Shown in pieces: positions 33,373-44,222 of a DNA stretch of 64,000 bases (position 1 is its first letter; every line of letters starts with the position of its first letter). A model generated the notes under the pieces. That model saw only the letters and a program-made list of their open reading frames with translations, was not told the DNA's origin and made no database searches. The position numbers and the translations under genes were made by a program. Origin of the DNA: Rebecca billardiae RCC1528. Its lineage: Eukaryota; Protista; Haptophyta. The stretch is from assembly GCA_965240325.2 (NCBI GenBank), contig OZ251227.1:1922001-1986000 (forward strand), read 5' to 3'.

Positions 33373-35022
33373 GACCGCGTTCCGCGGTCCTTTTCCGTAG
33401 AACGAACGTAGTTCAGGGCCCGCGGTGGCGGTGCACCCTCCGTCGCAGTCGTCCATTGACAGACCCGGACGGAGTTGCATGCCCGTACAACTAGACTCTC
33501 CACCAGCGGCGCGCCGCCGCCCGCCGCGCCGCGGGCGGGCCCATCGCACTTCGCAGCCGCCGGTGCGGCGCCGATTGTGTACAGGCGGATGCGACGAGGC
33601 GTGATCGACGCATGAGCGCGACTCCACGTGCACGCCAGGCCACGCGAAGCTGACAGCCAGGGAGCACGGTGCGGGGCCGCGGATTCGTTCGGGCCGCCGT
33701 GCTGCTGACTGTGACCGCTGTCCCGGGTCACCGCGCACCGGCAGCGCCAGGATAGTTAGATGATTTGCACTGGTCCGAGTAGGGTTCGACCAGCGCCTGC
33801 GCGACGGCCGACAGGCGGGCGCGAGGCGTGATCGACGCATGAGCGCAACTCTACGTGCACGCCAGGCCACGCGGAGCTGACAGCCCGAGGGACGGCACGC
33901 AGTGCCGAGGTTCGAGGGCACCGCAGTCACAGATCGTTCGCGCACGCCGCGCGTGCACGGGCGGGCACACCTCGATCAGGCTCGGCACGCGTTGCAGAGG
34001 CACAGCCAGCTCTGGGGACGGCACGCACCACCGTCGCCCGCGCAGCTCGTCCTCGGCTCGTAAAGTACCGTTCAGTTCCGAGGCGTAGCCCTCGCTCAGA
34101 GTCGACCGTCGACGATGGACTCGGATCGTCGGCGCTCCCCGGAAAGGCATGGCAAGGGCGGCGCGTGGTGAAGTCGAAGACTCAGAGATCGATCAGTCCG
34201 GCATCAGGCGCCGCTGCCCCCGAGCTTGCGAGAGCCCGAATACAGGGCGGCTGCCGCGGCGCGGCCGGGGCGCCCCCGGCGACGCGCGCGGCCGCGCGCA
34301 GGCATCGACACGGGGCGGCGGGGGCGCGCGGAGTGAGCGGGGGCACGAACGCGATGTCGACGGCAGTCGGGACCCGCCACAGCCGCGCGCTCCAGGCGCA
34401 ACTCGCCGCGCGCACCTGCCCATCGCCGTACACTCACCCGTCGGTCGCTCGTGCGGCTCGCGACCCTCTCGCGGAGCCAGTGCGCAGCAACCAAGGTTTG
34501 GCTTTGCTGGGCAGCCGTCCGGCTCCAGACTCGTGTCGTCAGATAGTATTGAGATTTGGCGGCGCATCGGCTACTGACCCTTGCCACAGTGTTGGCTCCT
34601 GATACCGAGACACGGCGCGATTCGGAATAGTTGATTCAACTGATTCAAGGGACGTACATGGCCACATCGGTTCGCGGCAATCTCTATCTAGACTATACGT
34701 CATCGCTCCTTGGACCTTGCTGCAATCTCATTGGCCGAAAAAATCGCTTGTAACGGTTCGTTACGTTAGGGATCCTAAAGGGCGTGAAGTTTTTTGGACG
34801 GGCGAGTCACTCTGACACGCTTTACTATGAACTTGTTGTGGGCGCGACCTTTTTCGGCCGTGATGCGTGTTAGAGAGGCTCTCAAAAGTCGAAACTCGGT
34901 CTCCTCCAGCCATGAAAATCGTCCCCCGTCCCTTTTTTCTTGATCAAAGATCTTTTTGAAACGTGGTTAGGGCCCACGGAGCGGGCTCCACGCTGCGCGC
35001 TCCGCCCTGCACCGCGGGCCAT
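33371..35022 (-). mobile_element. Family A element, copy D (diverged tandem paralog of C)
   Basis: Colinear with C end to end; joined to C at gggccATgaccg. Confidence 0.85.
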
Positions 35023-35151
35023 AAATATAAATATTATAAATTTATCTTGCGCGTGTCTTGCGTCTGTGACGACAGACGCGTCTGTGACGACGGAAATAAA
35101 CGCAGCGCCATTGCGGTGCTCATCAGTCAGCCGCAGTGGCTGGACCGTTAG

Positions 35152-36747
35152 CTATTGTCCGCTGGTCCCTGCGTGCCATTCAGTGTCGCCGCGCCCTGCG
35201 CCGCGCCGCTGTTGCTGGCGGCGCGAGACGAGGATTGCTGCCAGCGCGATGACGAGCGTCAGCGCAGCTGTGAGAGCGAGCAGCGCACCGATCGAGGCGA
35301 AGCTGGCTGCCAGATGTGCGTGTGAGGCGCCCTGCCAGCGGCGCGCGACCGCCGGCGCAAGCCGGCGCCGGCGCGCGCCGCAGCCGCTCGGTCCATAGCC
35401 GAGGCCCAGGTCGCAGAGGAGATCGAGCGCCTGGTCGAGGAGGAGGGTGCGGCAGCGCGACCGCTTGATCCAGCGCCACCACGGGCCACTGGTACAGAAG
35501 CGGCGGCGGCGAGCATCGCCATCGTCGTCACCACCCTGGCCGGGCGGAGGCGACGGCGGCGGCGACGGCGCCGTCGGCGGCAGCGCGGCTGCGGCCGGGC
35601 AGAGGTCGTCACCCTGGAGGTCCCACGCACCCTTGGCGCCCGACGCAGTGGGGCGCGCGCAGCACGCGCCCGCAGAGTCTGTCGGGCACAGCAGCGAGAG
35701 GAAGGTGAGCTGCAGGAGCCACACGCCCGTCGAGTACTCCGGCGGCACGACGCGCACGCCGTTGAACAGGCCCTCCAGCGCGCTGTCCGGGTCCTGCTGG
35801 TCCATGTGCACGGCCGCGTCGTACGCGCCGCCGTGCTCGTGCGCGTACGGGCACTCGAGCGCGCCGCCGCTCTCGAAGGTCGAGAAGGGCACGGTGCTCG
35901 AGTCCTTGTGCGTGTACTGGACGTTCCATGCGTCGAAGTCGAAGAACGAGGGCAGCACGTTGTACCCGCGCGCGTCGGGCGTGTCGCCTGGCTGCGCGAC
36001 CGCGCTACCGCCCGGCGCGTCAAGCACAGTCACGCCCACGCGGAGCACGTCCGGCCGCGTCGTCTTCAGCTCGACCGTGACGTTGCTCAGGTTGCCGACG
36101 GTGCTCATCGCGGTGATGGTCAGCTCGACGGGCGCGGTGTCGTTGAACGGCAGCACGCCGAGCGGGTGCACACAGTCGCGCTGCCACGCGGAGAAGGGAT
36201 CGTTCGCGGGCGCGTCCCGGATCTCAAAGTGCAGATGGTCGTACCCGGACGCACTCTCACCGCTGGTGCCGATGTACTGGCCCCTGGCTACATTGTCGCC
36301 GATGCTCACGTTCCACGAGTTCACATGCAGGTAGTTGCTCGTGTAGCACCCCTGATTCGAGCACGTGCTCTCCCCCGGCCGGTAGTGTCGGAGCTGGATC
36401 ACCGGGTCTGAGAAGCCGCTCGAGGGGCCAGCCTTGCGCACCTCGCCGTCGGCGACGGCGAAGAGCGGCGTGCCGATGGGCGCAGAGAGGTCGATGCCGC
36501 GATGGAAGTCGTAACGGTCCGATGCGCTCGCCAGCGGACGCGGACCGAACGTGGAGTGGACGGGAAGGTCGGCGAACGCCGCCGAGCCGTGGCGGTCGAT
36601 TGGGCAGCCATCGGCCAAGGCCCAGCCGGGCGGCGGGTTGTCGGTGATGCGCCCGCACAGTGGCCACGCCATCAGCGGGTCGTACCGGGGGATAGACTGG
36701 CCGAGCGCGGCCAGCGTGCACGCCAGGGAGGCCGCGAACGCAGCCAT
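35152..36747 (-). CDS. M23-family (LytM-like) zinc metallopeptidase with signal peptide and C-terminal TM anchor
   Basis: STFGPR...FHRGIDLSAPIGTPLFAVADGEV...YLH...V..GQYIG.SG....HLHFEIR; hydrophobic N- and C-termini; intronless. Confidence 0.88.
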   Translation of the reverse strand: MAAFAASLACTLAALGQSIPRYDPLMAWPLCGRITDNPPPGWALADGCPIDRHGSAAFADLPVHSTFGPRPLASASDRYDFHRGIDLSAPIGTPLFAVADGEVRKAGPSSGFSDPVIQLRHYRPGESTCSNQGCYTSNYLHVNSWNVSIGDNVARGQYIGTSGESASGYDHLHFEIRDAPANDPFSAWQRDCVHPLGVLPFNDTAPVELTITAMSTVGNLSNVTVELKTTRPDVLRVGVTVLDAPGGSAVAQPGDTPDARGYNVLPSFFDFDAWNVQYTHKDSSTVPFSTFESGGALECPYAHEHGGAYDAAVHMDQQDPDSALEGLFNGVRVVPPEYSTGVWLLQLTFLSLLCPTDSAGACCARPTASGAKGAWDLQGDDLCPAAAALPPTAPSPPPSPPPGQGGDDDGDARRRRFCTSGPWWRWIKRSRCRTLLLDQALDLLCDLGLGYGPSGCGARRRRLAPAVARRWQGASHAHLAASFASIGALLALTAALTLVIALAAILVSRRQQQRRGAGRGDTEWHAGTSGQ

Positions 36748-37452
36748 CGAGGGGGCCGTTCGTCCCTTGACCAAGCTTGGAGGGCGGTCCCTTGACGAAC
36801 ATCCCTCGCCCGTGTGACATTCTCCTGTTCTCTATTCTCAATTCGGATGACCCGCGTGGGACTTGCTATGAAAGAACGTGGCGAAAACGTAGCAACCGAC
36901 CCATCTTCGTCTGGCGTTCTGCGACTCCATCAAGCTTCCCAATATTTTTAAATTCCCCTTTATAACGGGCTCCGGGTGATCAGGCTGGCGGCCGAAGCCT
37001 CCAGCCCTACCCTGGCCAGCCCCCAACCAACCACCACCCTCACCCAACCTCAAACCACTGACCGAGACACCTACAGTAGTGTCTTGACACCACTCCACTG
37101 TGGACAGCCCGCCTCCAGAGGGGGCGGGGGTATGCCATTGCCAACAGCATACGAGCCCAACACTGTGGGGTGGTCCCAGGTACAAGCAGTGTACGGCCTT
37201 GCAATTCAAGATCATCGAGTTTGAGCCGAGTCGGCAGCAGGGGCACCCCCTACTCGAGGAAAAAGATCCGCGGCCCCGGCCGTGCTACGCAAACGATATC
37301 CTCACCGGTGACTGGCACCCTTGCTGGCACTACGGTGGCAAGTGGCAGACTGACTGGCTACCACTCTCACAACTCACTGTCTGAAACCGACACGGTGACG
37401 GTGACCATTTAGACCAACTTAGCCGACCGGGCATCTGTTGAGGAGACTGAGT

Positions 37453-37683
37453 GACGACCAGCCGGGGTCATCGTGCGGCGCTGAAGGCGAGTGAAGCCTG
37501 GCCAGACCTGTGACTGGCAGTGACTGAGTGGTCACTGCACCTGACCACCCGTACGGCCCGCCTCACCAGCACGGCCGATGACGACCAGCCGGGGTCATCG
37601 TGCGGCGCTGAAGCCTGGCCAGACCTGTGACTGAGTGGTCACGGCACCTGACCACCTACGGCCCCCTCACCAGCACGGCCGTA
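37453..37683. repeat. Imperfect tandem duplication (~127 + ~104 bp)
   Basis: gacgaccagccggggtcatcgtgcggcgctgaag occurs twice; copy 1 carries small extra insertions. Confidence 0.85.
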
Positions 37684-39907
37684 ACGGGCGTCTGTACAGA
37701 GTAGTGCGTCCGACCGGGCCGCCCTCCAGCACGAGCCGCACGCTAGGTGGCGCGCTCCTTCCGCTTCCCTGCCGATTCAGATTTGACACCTGGCATCATT
37801 GGTCCCGTGAGCTGCGGCTGCTGCAGCCGCAACGTGCTGGCGCGGCGAGACAGTGGAGTGAGTGCGGACCAAGACCGTGACACTAAGCACCGTGGCTTAC
37901 TCGTGCAGCATCCGCACCGTGCGCGCACAAAGAGTTCATAGCGTAACGCAGGGCGACGCGCGCGCGCGGCGAGCGAGCCGGACAACCACCGCCCGCCTCC
38001 ACATGCAGCCCCCGCGCGCGGCGCGCGCACCATGACCATCCGCCCCAGAGTGCCGCATAGCGCGCAGCGTGCGCGGTCGCACCTGGGTCGTTGGACGTAT
38101 GCCGTGGCGCGGGCACGGCGCGGCGATGCCGCGCTTGCTTCTCCCGGGGGCCTGAGGCCCCCACGCGCGGCGGACTCCGTGCGCGCGCCCCGCCTGATGA
38201 GCGCGCGGCGCGCGGCCATCGAGCCTCCATGTTCAATGTGCTGGGCCGTTGCGCGTGCCGCCTGGTGCGTATTCGGTCTCGTCAGATGCGTGCTCGGTCT
38301 CGTCAATCGTTACCCGCGTCGCTTGCGGCAGGCAGCCCCCCTTCTAGCGGTTCTCGAGGCCAAACCATCGACGCTTGGACGCCTACGGCCGCGCGAAGCG
38401 ACGGCGCCGAGCGGGCGCGCGCGCCCGGTACGAGAGGTAGACTCCCACATCGTGCCTCCACACCCCGCCCGCGCCAGCGCACCCGCCCCTGGAGCTCTTC
38501 CCGCTCGTCGACGGCGCTCGGCACCCGAGCCGAGCCGAACGTGTGCACGGCGCACGACGCAGCGCGGCGCGACGGGCGCGGCGCGGCGCGCTCGGGCGAA
38601 AGTCCCCCGGGGCTCCGAGCGTACGGGCCGACGCGCCCACTCGCGGCGCGCTCCGCGCGCGCCCCGCCAAATGCGAGGTGACACACGAGGCGCGGGTCGA
38701 GACGCTCGGGTGCTCGGCGCGGCCGTCAAACAGGGCCCCCCGCGAGTTGAAGAGCGTCCCCGGATTCCATTTTCCGGACTCTCCTTGATGCTACGCAAAG
38801 CCGCGGGGGCGGCCGTCCCGTCGAAACGGACGTGCCCCCCCCGCGGAAAAAGCTTCCCAGACCCAGTCTGTGCGTCCGCCTGATGCACAAGGGCCTGATG
38901 CTTCTCCACAGGGAACCCCCGCTGGTGGCAGCCAGCGGCGCGAGGGAGGTGGTGGCGCGCCTTCTAAAGCTCCCCTGCATCCCGCCCCGCGCCGAGCGCG
39001 CAAGTCGGCTCCGCCGGCGCGCGCGCTCGCCGCGCAGGGCTCGGGTACTGGAGTGCAGGCTGCAAACGGCGAGCAGCAGCACTCTCAGAAGCGGAAGAAG
39101 AAGCCTCGGCGCGGGAAGCGCGGGCCTCGGCGTGACGCGCAAGGCAGGCGGATTCGATCTCCATCGAGCCGCCGCACCTCGTCGCGGCGCGCCGTCGAGA
39201 AACGCCAGGAGCGCAAGGCGGCGCGGCTGGCGGCCTCTCTGCCCGCAGCACCTGCGCCTGCTCCAGCTGCTGTCCCCCACGCGGACCGAGACTCGTCCAT
39301 GGACGACGACTCGGACGACGAGGATGCGCAGCAGTCGGGGGCAAAGCGTACCCTGCACGCCGCAGCAGCGCCAGCCGCCGCCAGCAAGCCAGCTGAGCAG
39401 AGCGGCAAGCGCGCACGCGGCCGCGCAGGGCACACGGGGACGACTACATCACCGCCGGATCACCCGCCAGGGCCCAGCGGCTGAGACGGCCGTCTGACAT
39501 CCGGACCTGCACCCTCGCCCTCGCTCGGGGCACAGCAGGTCCATGCGAGCCGCGCAGCGCAGGTGGATCGCGCTCCAGCAGCTCAAGGCCGCGCTCAAGC
39601 CATTCGATCGCGGTTCAGGCTATGCTCTGCCACCAGCGCCGACTTCGTGTCGACGATCGGGCACTGCCGACGACGAATCAGGAGACCTGCGCCGTCCTAC
39701 CTGTGTCGTTAAATCATAGAATGAGTCTACCCATCACACATAACACCCTCGTCTACTGGAGCCCGCCCCTGCTGCTGAGGTGGCAGAGCCAGGCCCACCT
39801 GCTGAAGACTCGCCAGCCCCCAATGAGCTGCTGCAACAGCAGCCGGCCGCAGCTGCCCCACCTGCTGCAGGTGCCCCCGCCAGCTAGATGCGCAGGCGCC
39901 CGCTGCG

Positions 39908-41842
39908 TTGGGGCCTGGCCTTGCTCCAGCAGCGGCGAGCCACCCCCTGCCTGCACAGCTGCTGGGCCCGGTGCCGGAGGGCGCCGCAGCTGAGCCGCCA
40001 GCAGCAGCGCACGCTGGCCTGGCTGGCGCGGCGATGCACGGCGCACAGCGTGGCAGCAGGCGGCGGCCCCGCTCGCCCGATGCAGACGCCCTGGCACACC
40101 AGGATGAAAACGGTGCGAGTGGGCCCCCTGCCCAGCAGCGGCGGTTAACAGCAGCAGCAGGCTCCACCCCTCGCACTGCGGGCCCCCCAAGCGACGATGT
40201 GGCTGCCGGCCACTCTCAACACCCTGCACACCGGCGGCCAGCAGTGCGGCTGCCACCTATGCCTGCCTACGCTGCTGTCCAGCCGCAGTGGCGCGGGGCG
40301 GCCACTGAGCTGCTGGCAGCAGCGGGGCATGCTGTGTACCCTACTTGCATGCATGGGGACTGCCTCCTGCTGGCAGCCATGGGCTATGTCGAGGAGCGTG
40401 CCGCCGCAGTGGGCCCCTGCACCGCCGCCTACCAGGCAGTCCGCTTCCTCAGGGCAGCTGCTGTGGACTGGGTGCTCGGCACGGCACGTCTCTCACGGAC
40501 TCACCGGCTCCAACTGGGGCTCGTGGATGCGGATGGACTGGAGGCCATCAGCATGTCAGACAGCTATAGGGCCACGTACCATGGGCAGGGCGCCCAGCCA
40601 ACCCTGCAAGAGTTCGCCGCGCCGCTCAGGGCTGCCGCACGATACGGGGCCGATGGCAGGCTCGCCGCCGGTGGGGCGTCGAGGTACTGGCCCACTGTCA
40701 TGATACCAGCGGTTGCTGCCGTCATGGGGCGTGACATCGCAGTGTTCCAGCCGCGCGCCAGCCAGGCTGCCCCTGCTGGTGGGACAGCAGGCAGGCCCGA
40801 GAGCTCTGATGCAGTCGGGCACCTGGTGGCGTGCACGCTGTATAGGCACGTGCCGCGGTGGTCCAGCATGAACAACCCAGTGTATACGGACCCCCAACGC
40901 TGGCAACACCCGCAGGGGGGGCCTGCAGGTGCTCCCGTGGGCCCGCGCCAGCAACAGTCGGTACGCGAACGCCTCCTTGCGCGTGACCCAACTCTTGCAG
41001 CAGTGTACTTTGATGGCACCGGGCACTACGAGCCTGTGCTGCCGCTGCCGAGCCGACCGGGGCTTGAGGACAGGGAGAGCTGCCCCACAAGCAATCGGCG
41101 CGGCAAACAGCCCAGGGACCGGCCAGACGACTGCCCTGAAGACCATGGCACAGGTGCTGGTGATGGGCAGCGGCGGTTGCCGGACAGCTCTGCGCTGCCT
41201 CCGCCCAGCACCGCGGCAGGCACCGGTAAGCGCCCTATGCACAGGGCCTGCACAGGCAGCCCCCAGTCACCGGTGGCACTCGCCCCCCCGCTTGGACACC
41301 CCCCGGGGTGTAGCCAGGGAGGTGCCAGCAGCAGCGCCGGCGCTCAAGCACCACCCGTCGCGCCGCGTGGCGACCCCCCCGCGGTGGGGCGTGGCCCGCC
41401 GGCCAAACGGAGCCGCCCGGATTCCGATACCCTGCAGCAGCCTCTCTGGCCTGGCGCCCCCTCTCCTGACCAGCCCAGACCCCCGACGCCTGCGGGGCCG
41501 GACGCCCCGCCCCTACGCAAGTCTGCCAGGCTGTGCCAGCGCCGCACGCGCGGCGCAGGCATGACTGCAGCTCCACACCAGCAAAACGACGCTTCGCGCG
41601 CACCCGGCGCGCCGACACAGCCTGCCCGGGAGAAGCCAGCAGGGGCTGACCTTTGGCAGCAGCCATACATGCAGGCCAGCATGAGCGGCGGGGTGGCATC
41701 AGTGCCGGCCCCGGCCCGCAAACGTAAACAGCCGGACGCCCCGGCCCACACAGCTGATGCGCCAGCAAACCCTGCTCCGGGCCACAGAACCCTGCCGCCG
41801 GCTTTGAGGCCGACTCGCCACACTGGGGCACATATCACCTGA
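39908..41842 (+). CDS. Divergent OTU-like cysteine protease ORF, probably transposon-derived or partial
   Basis: HGDCLLLA...VRFLRAAAVDW...YW....IPAVAAVMGRDIAVF...VYFDGTGHYEPV; codon style differs from host genes; no clear ATG start. Confidence 0.55.
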   Translation: MGPGLAPAAASHPLPAQLLGPVPEGAAAEPPAAAHAGLAGAAMHGAQRGSRRRPRSPDADALAHQDENGASGPPAQQRRLTAAAGSTPRTAGPPSDDVAAGHSQHPAHRRPAVRLPPMPAYAAVQPQWRGAATELLAAAGHAVYPTCMHGDCLLLAAMGYVEERAAAVGPCTAAYQAVRFLRAAAVDWVLGTARLSRTHRLQLGLVDADGLEAISMSDSYRATYHGQGAQPTLQEFAAPLRAAARYGADGRLAAGGASRYWPTVMIPAVAAVMGRDIAVFQPRASQAAPAGGTAGRPESSDAVGHLVACTLYRHVPRWSSMNNPVYTDPQRWQHPQGGPAGAPVGPRQQQSVRERLLARDPTLAAVYFDGTGHYEPVLPLPSRPGLEDRESCPTSNRRGKQPRDRPDDCPEDHGTGAGDGQRRLPDSSALPPPSTAAGTGKRPMHRACTGSPQSPVALAPPLGHPPGCSQGGASSSAGAQAPPVAPRGDPPAVGRGPPAKRSRPDSDTLQQPLWPGAPSPDQPRPPTPAGPDAPPLRKSARLCQRRTRGAGMTAAPHQQNDASRAPGAPTQPAREKPAGADLWQQPYMQASMSGGVASVPAPARKRKQPDAPAHTADAPANPAPGHRTLPPALRPTRHTGAHIT

Positions 41843-42257
41843 GGGCCAGGCCTTCTGTGTGACAAGCTACCCCAGTCATGCCGCTTGATACACACCTTCC
41901 CCAACCGACAGTGGGGCTCTACATTCCCTACTACATCCTCATCCTGTCGGCGCGCTGTCGCATCGGCGCCCAGTCGGCGAGTTCGGACGACGACGTTTTG
42001 TGGACGACGGTGGCCACGGTGGGGCGAGGACGACGGGCGCTGGCGCGCCGCAGGCGGCCGCAGCCCTCATCCAGGCCTCGCAGGCGGACGGCTGAACGAA
42101 TTTTTCCGGCGGCGCTACCATCGGCGACGGCTTCATGGGCGGTGACAGTTGGCGGGCGTCAATCTCGCCTGCCTGAGCTGTGTGCGTCTCTTATTCTTAG
42201 TAAACTGTACTCTACTCGGGGTCATCTAATAACACTCACACTCCGAGCCCTACCGTA

Positions 42258-43589
42258 CTAATCCTTGGGCTCGATGCTGGAGTAGTGCACCTCGGCGAAG
42301 AAGGCGAGCCAAAGCGTGCGCACCTCGTCCGCTCCCGCCTCGACCGCGGGCGGCTTGGGGCCCGCGCCCACCGCCGTGTGCGCCCCACCGGCCGCCTGGC
42401 CGCGCGTGAACGCGTCGGCCCCGGCGAAGCGCACCCCCTCGTCCGCTTCGACCGACGGCATTCGCGCCGGGGGCGTGGCCACGCCCCGGCAGTGCGGCCG
42501 AGGCATCACCGTGATGACGGCGTCGGCCGCACTGTCCTCGGCGCCGCCCGCCTCCGCGGCGGCGGCGGCGAAGCTCGTCACCAGGCTGATCTCCGCGCCC
42601 AGCCTGTCCGCGCACGCCTGCAGCGTGACGTGGTCGCCCCACGCGCCCGGCTGCGCCATGCGGGACACGTACGCGTCGAACGGCTCGCTCGCGCCGGCGG
42701 CCCCGGGCTCGGGCGGCTCGGCGAGCACGAAGTCGCGGTACGCGCTCGGCGCCGCGCGCAGCTGCTCGACCACCAGCCTGCGCACGGTGAGGTGCTCCCT
42801 CTGGTGGCCGTACATTTGGTCGGCGAGCGCTCGGAACTGGCAGTTGCCGTCGCCGTCCACCGCGCGCTCGCGCAGGCCGAAGAAGTCGAGGCGCGAGAGC
42901 AGCCGCGCGTGCGCGAGGCTCGACTCGGCGTGAGACGGCCGCCGCGTCGGCGGGCACGGGTGCAGCACCAGCGCGCTGCGCACCAGCTCGACGGGCGCGG
43001 CGCCCAACAGCTCCTGGATCGTGCCGCTGCTCGTGCGGTCGACGGCCGGCCGCGGCTTGCGATCGCTCACGCTGAGCGAGCCGGCGAGGGCGGCCATCTC
43101 GCCGTCACGCGCGGCCGACGCGGCTGGCGTGCCACCCGCCGCCCCTTCTCCTGCCGCCGCCGCCGCTCTCGCCTCGTCCGCGCCGAGTGGCTCGACAGCG
43201 CCGCTGACGCGGTACGCCTTGCGGCCGGAGCGCGGCACGATGTAGTATCGCGCGCCGTTGCCCGATTCGTACACCCGCCGCCGCTCGCCGGACACGAGCG
43301 TGTACCCGACACACGGGTTCCCCTCGTGCTCGCCGTCCACCTCCATCTCGCCGCGCCCCAGGATGGCGTCGACCCATGTCGCCTTGTGCCCCTTGTGCCC
43401 GCGCGGGTTCTTGATGCCGAGGGCCGCCGCGCGCTGCTTGAGCTCCTCGAGCGTGAGCCGCACGATGGCGCGCTCGAGCGTCTGCCGATCGCTCGCCGCC
43501 GCGTCGAGGAGCACGTGCTCTCCCAGAAGCTGCTGTGCGATGGCATGGAGGTCCTCGAGCGAGCAGCGGCTGAGCTCGCCGGCGTCCAT
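42258..43589 (-). CDS. OTU-domain deubiquitinase with an N-terminal Rho-N-like helical motif
   Basis: DGDGNCQFRALADQMYG...WGDHVTLQACAD...LWLAFFAEVHYSSI. Confidence 0.92.
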   Translation of the reverse strand: MDAGELSRCSLEDLHAIAQQLLGEHVLLDAAASDRQTLERAIVRLTLEELKQRAAALGIKNPRGHKGHKATWVDAILGRGEMEVDGEHEGNPCVGYTLVSGERRRVYESGNGARYYIVPRSGRKAYRVSGAVEPLGADEARAAAAAGEGAAGGTPAASAARDGEMAALAGSLSVSDRKPRPAVDRTSSGTIQELLGAAPVELVRSALVLHPCPPTRRPSHAESSLAHARLLSRLDFFGLRERAVDGDGNCQFRALADQMYGHQREHLTVRRLVVEQLRAAPSAYRDFVLAEPPEPGAAGASEPFDAYVSRMAQPGAWGDHVTLQACADRLGAEISLVTSFAAAAAEAGGAEDSAADAVITVMPRPHCRGVATPPARMPSVEADEGVRFAGADAFTRGQAAGGAHTAVGAGPKPPAVEAGADEVRTLWLAFFAEVHYSSIEPKD

Positions 43590-44222
43590 CGTGATGCGTG
43601 CCCTCACGAATCGGTAATCGGTACAGTGTAGGTAACTACACAGTTACAACTACTATAAAGTATGCTACTGACAGTACCAAGCTGGGCGGGTCATGAAACA
43701 GAATTGTCGCACACATCCGGTCACATGTTCTGAGCTGACACACAGCAGGCAATCTGGTCTCTACTGAGTACTGCAGAAGTCATCACGGGCAGTTCTCCAT
43801 CAGATTCGCATGCGAACAGTACGGCAAACCAAGCTCACCATCATGCACGGCAGAGCAGACTCTCCTTGAAGTGCAGCAGCTCGGGCAATCCCAGACCGTC
43901 ACCGTGGCCGAGCACCCGCACCGGCACCGCCGATCACATCACGCCGGGGCACAGTACTTCCGCGGACAAACACTCATGCTGCACGCTGCTGGCCACACAG
44001 CTGGCCACCGAGGCGCGCCTGCCACCGGGTGTGCACCGAGTGTGACACTCCCGTGTTGGCGCGGCGCGGCGCGGTGCCGCGGCGTGCGCGGTCACACTCC
44101 CAGCATGCGGTCGCGGACGGCCAGCCGGCGGCGCCACGCACGGCGGCAGGCACGGCCGCATCGGAGCCCGACGTCGCGGGGCCGCGCACCGCCGGAGGCG
44201 CGACGCATCGCCGACCGCGTCC

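Noticed and set aside
24624-35022. Fanzor/TnpB or Rep-helicase cargo in the element cluster
   Set aside because: No RuvC/zinc-finger or Pif1/HUH motifs recognisable in any listed ORF
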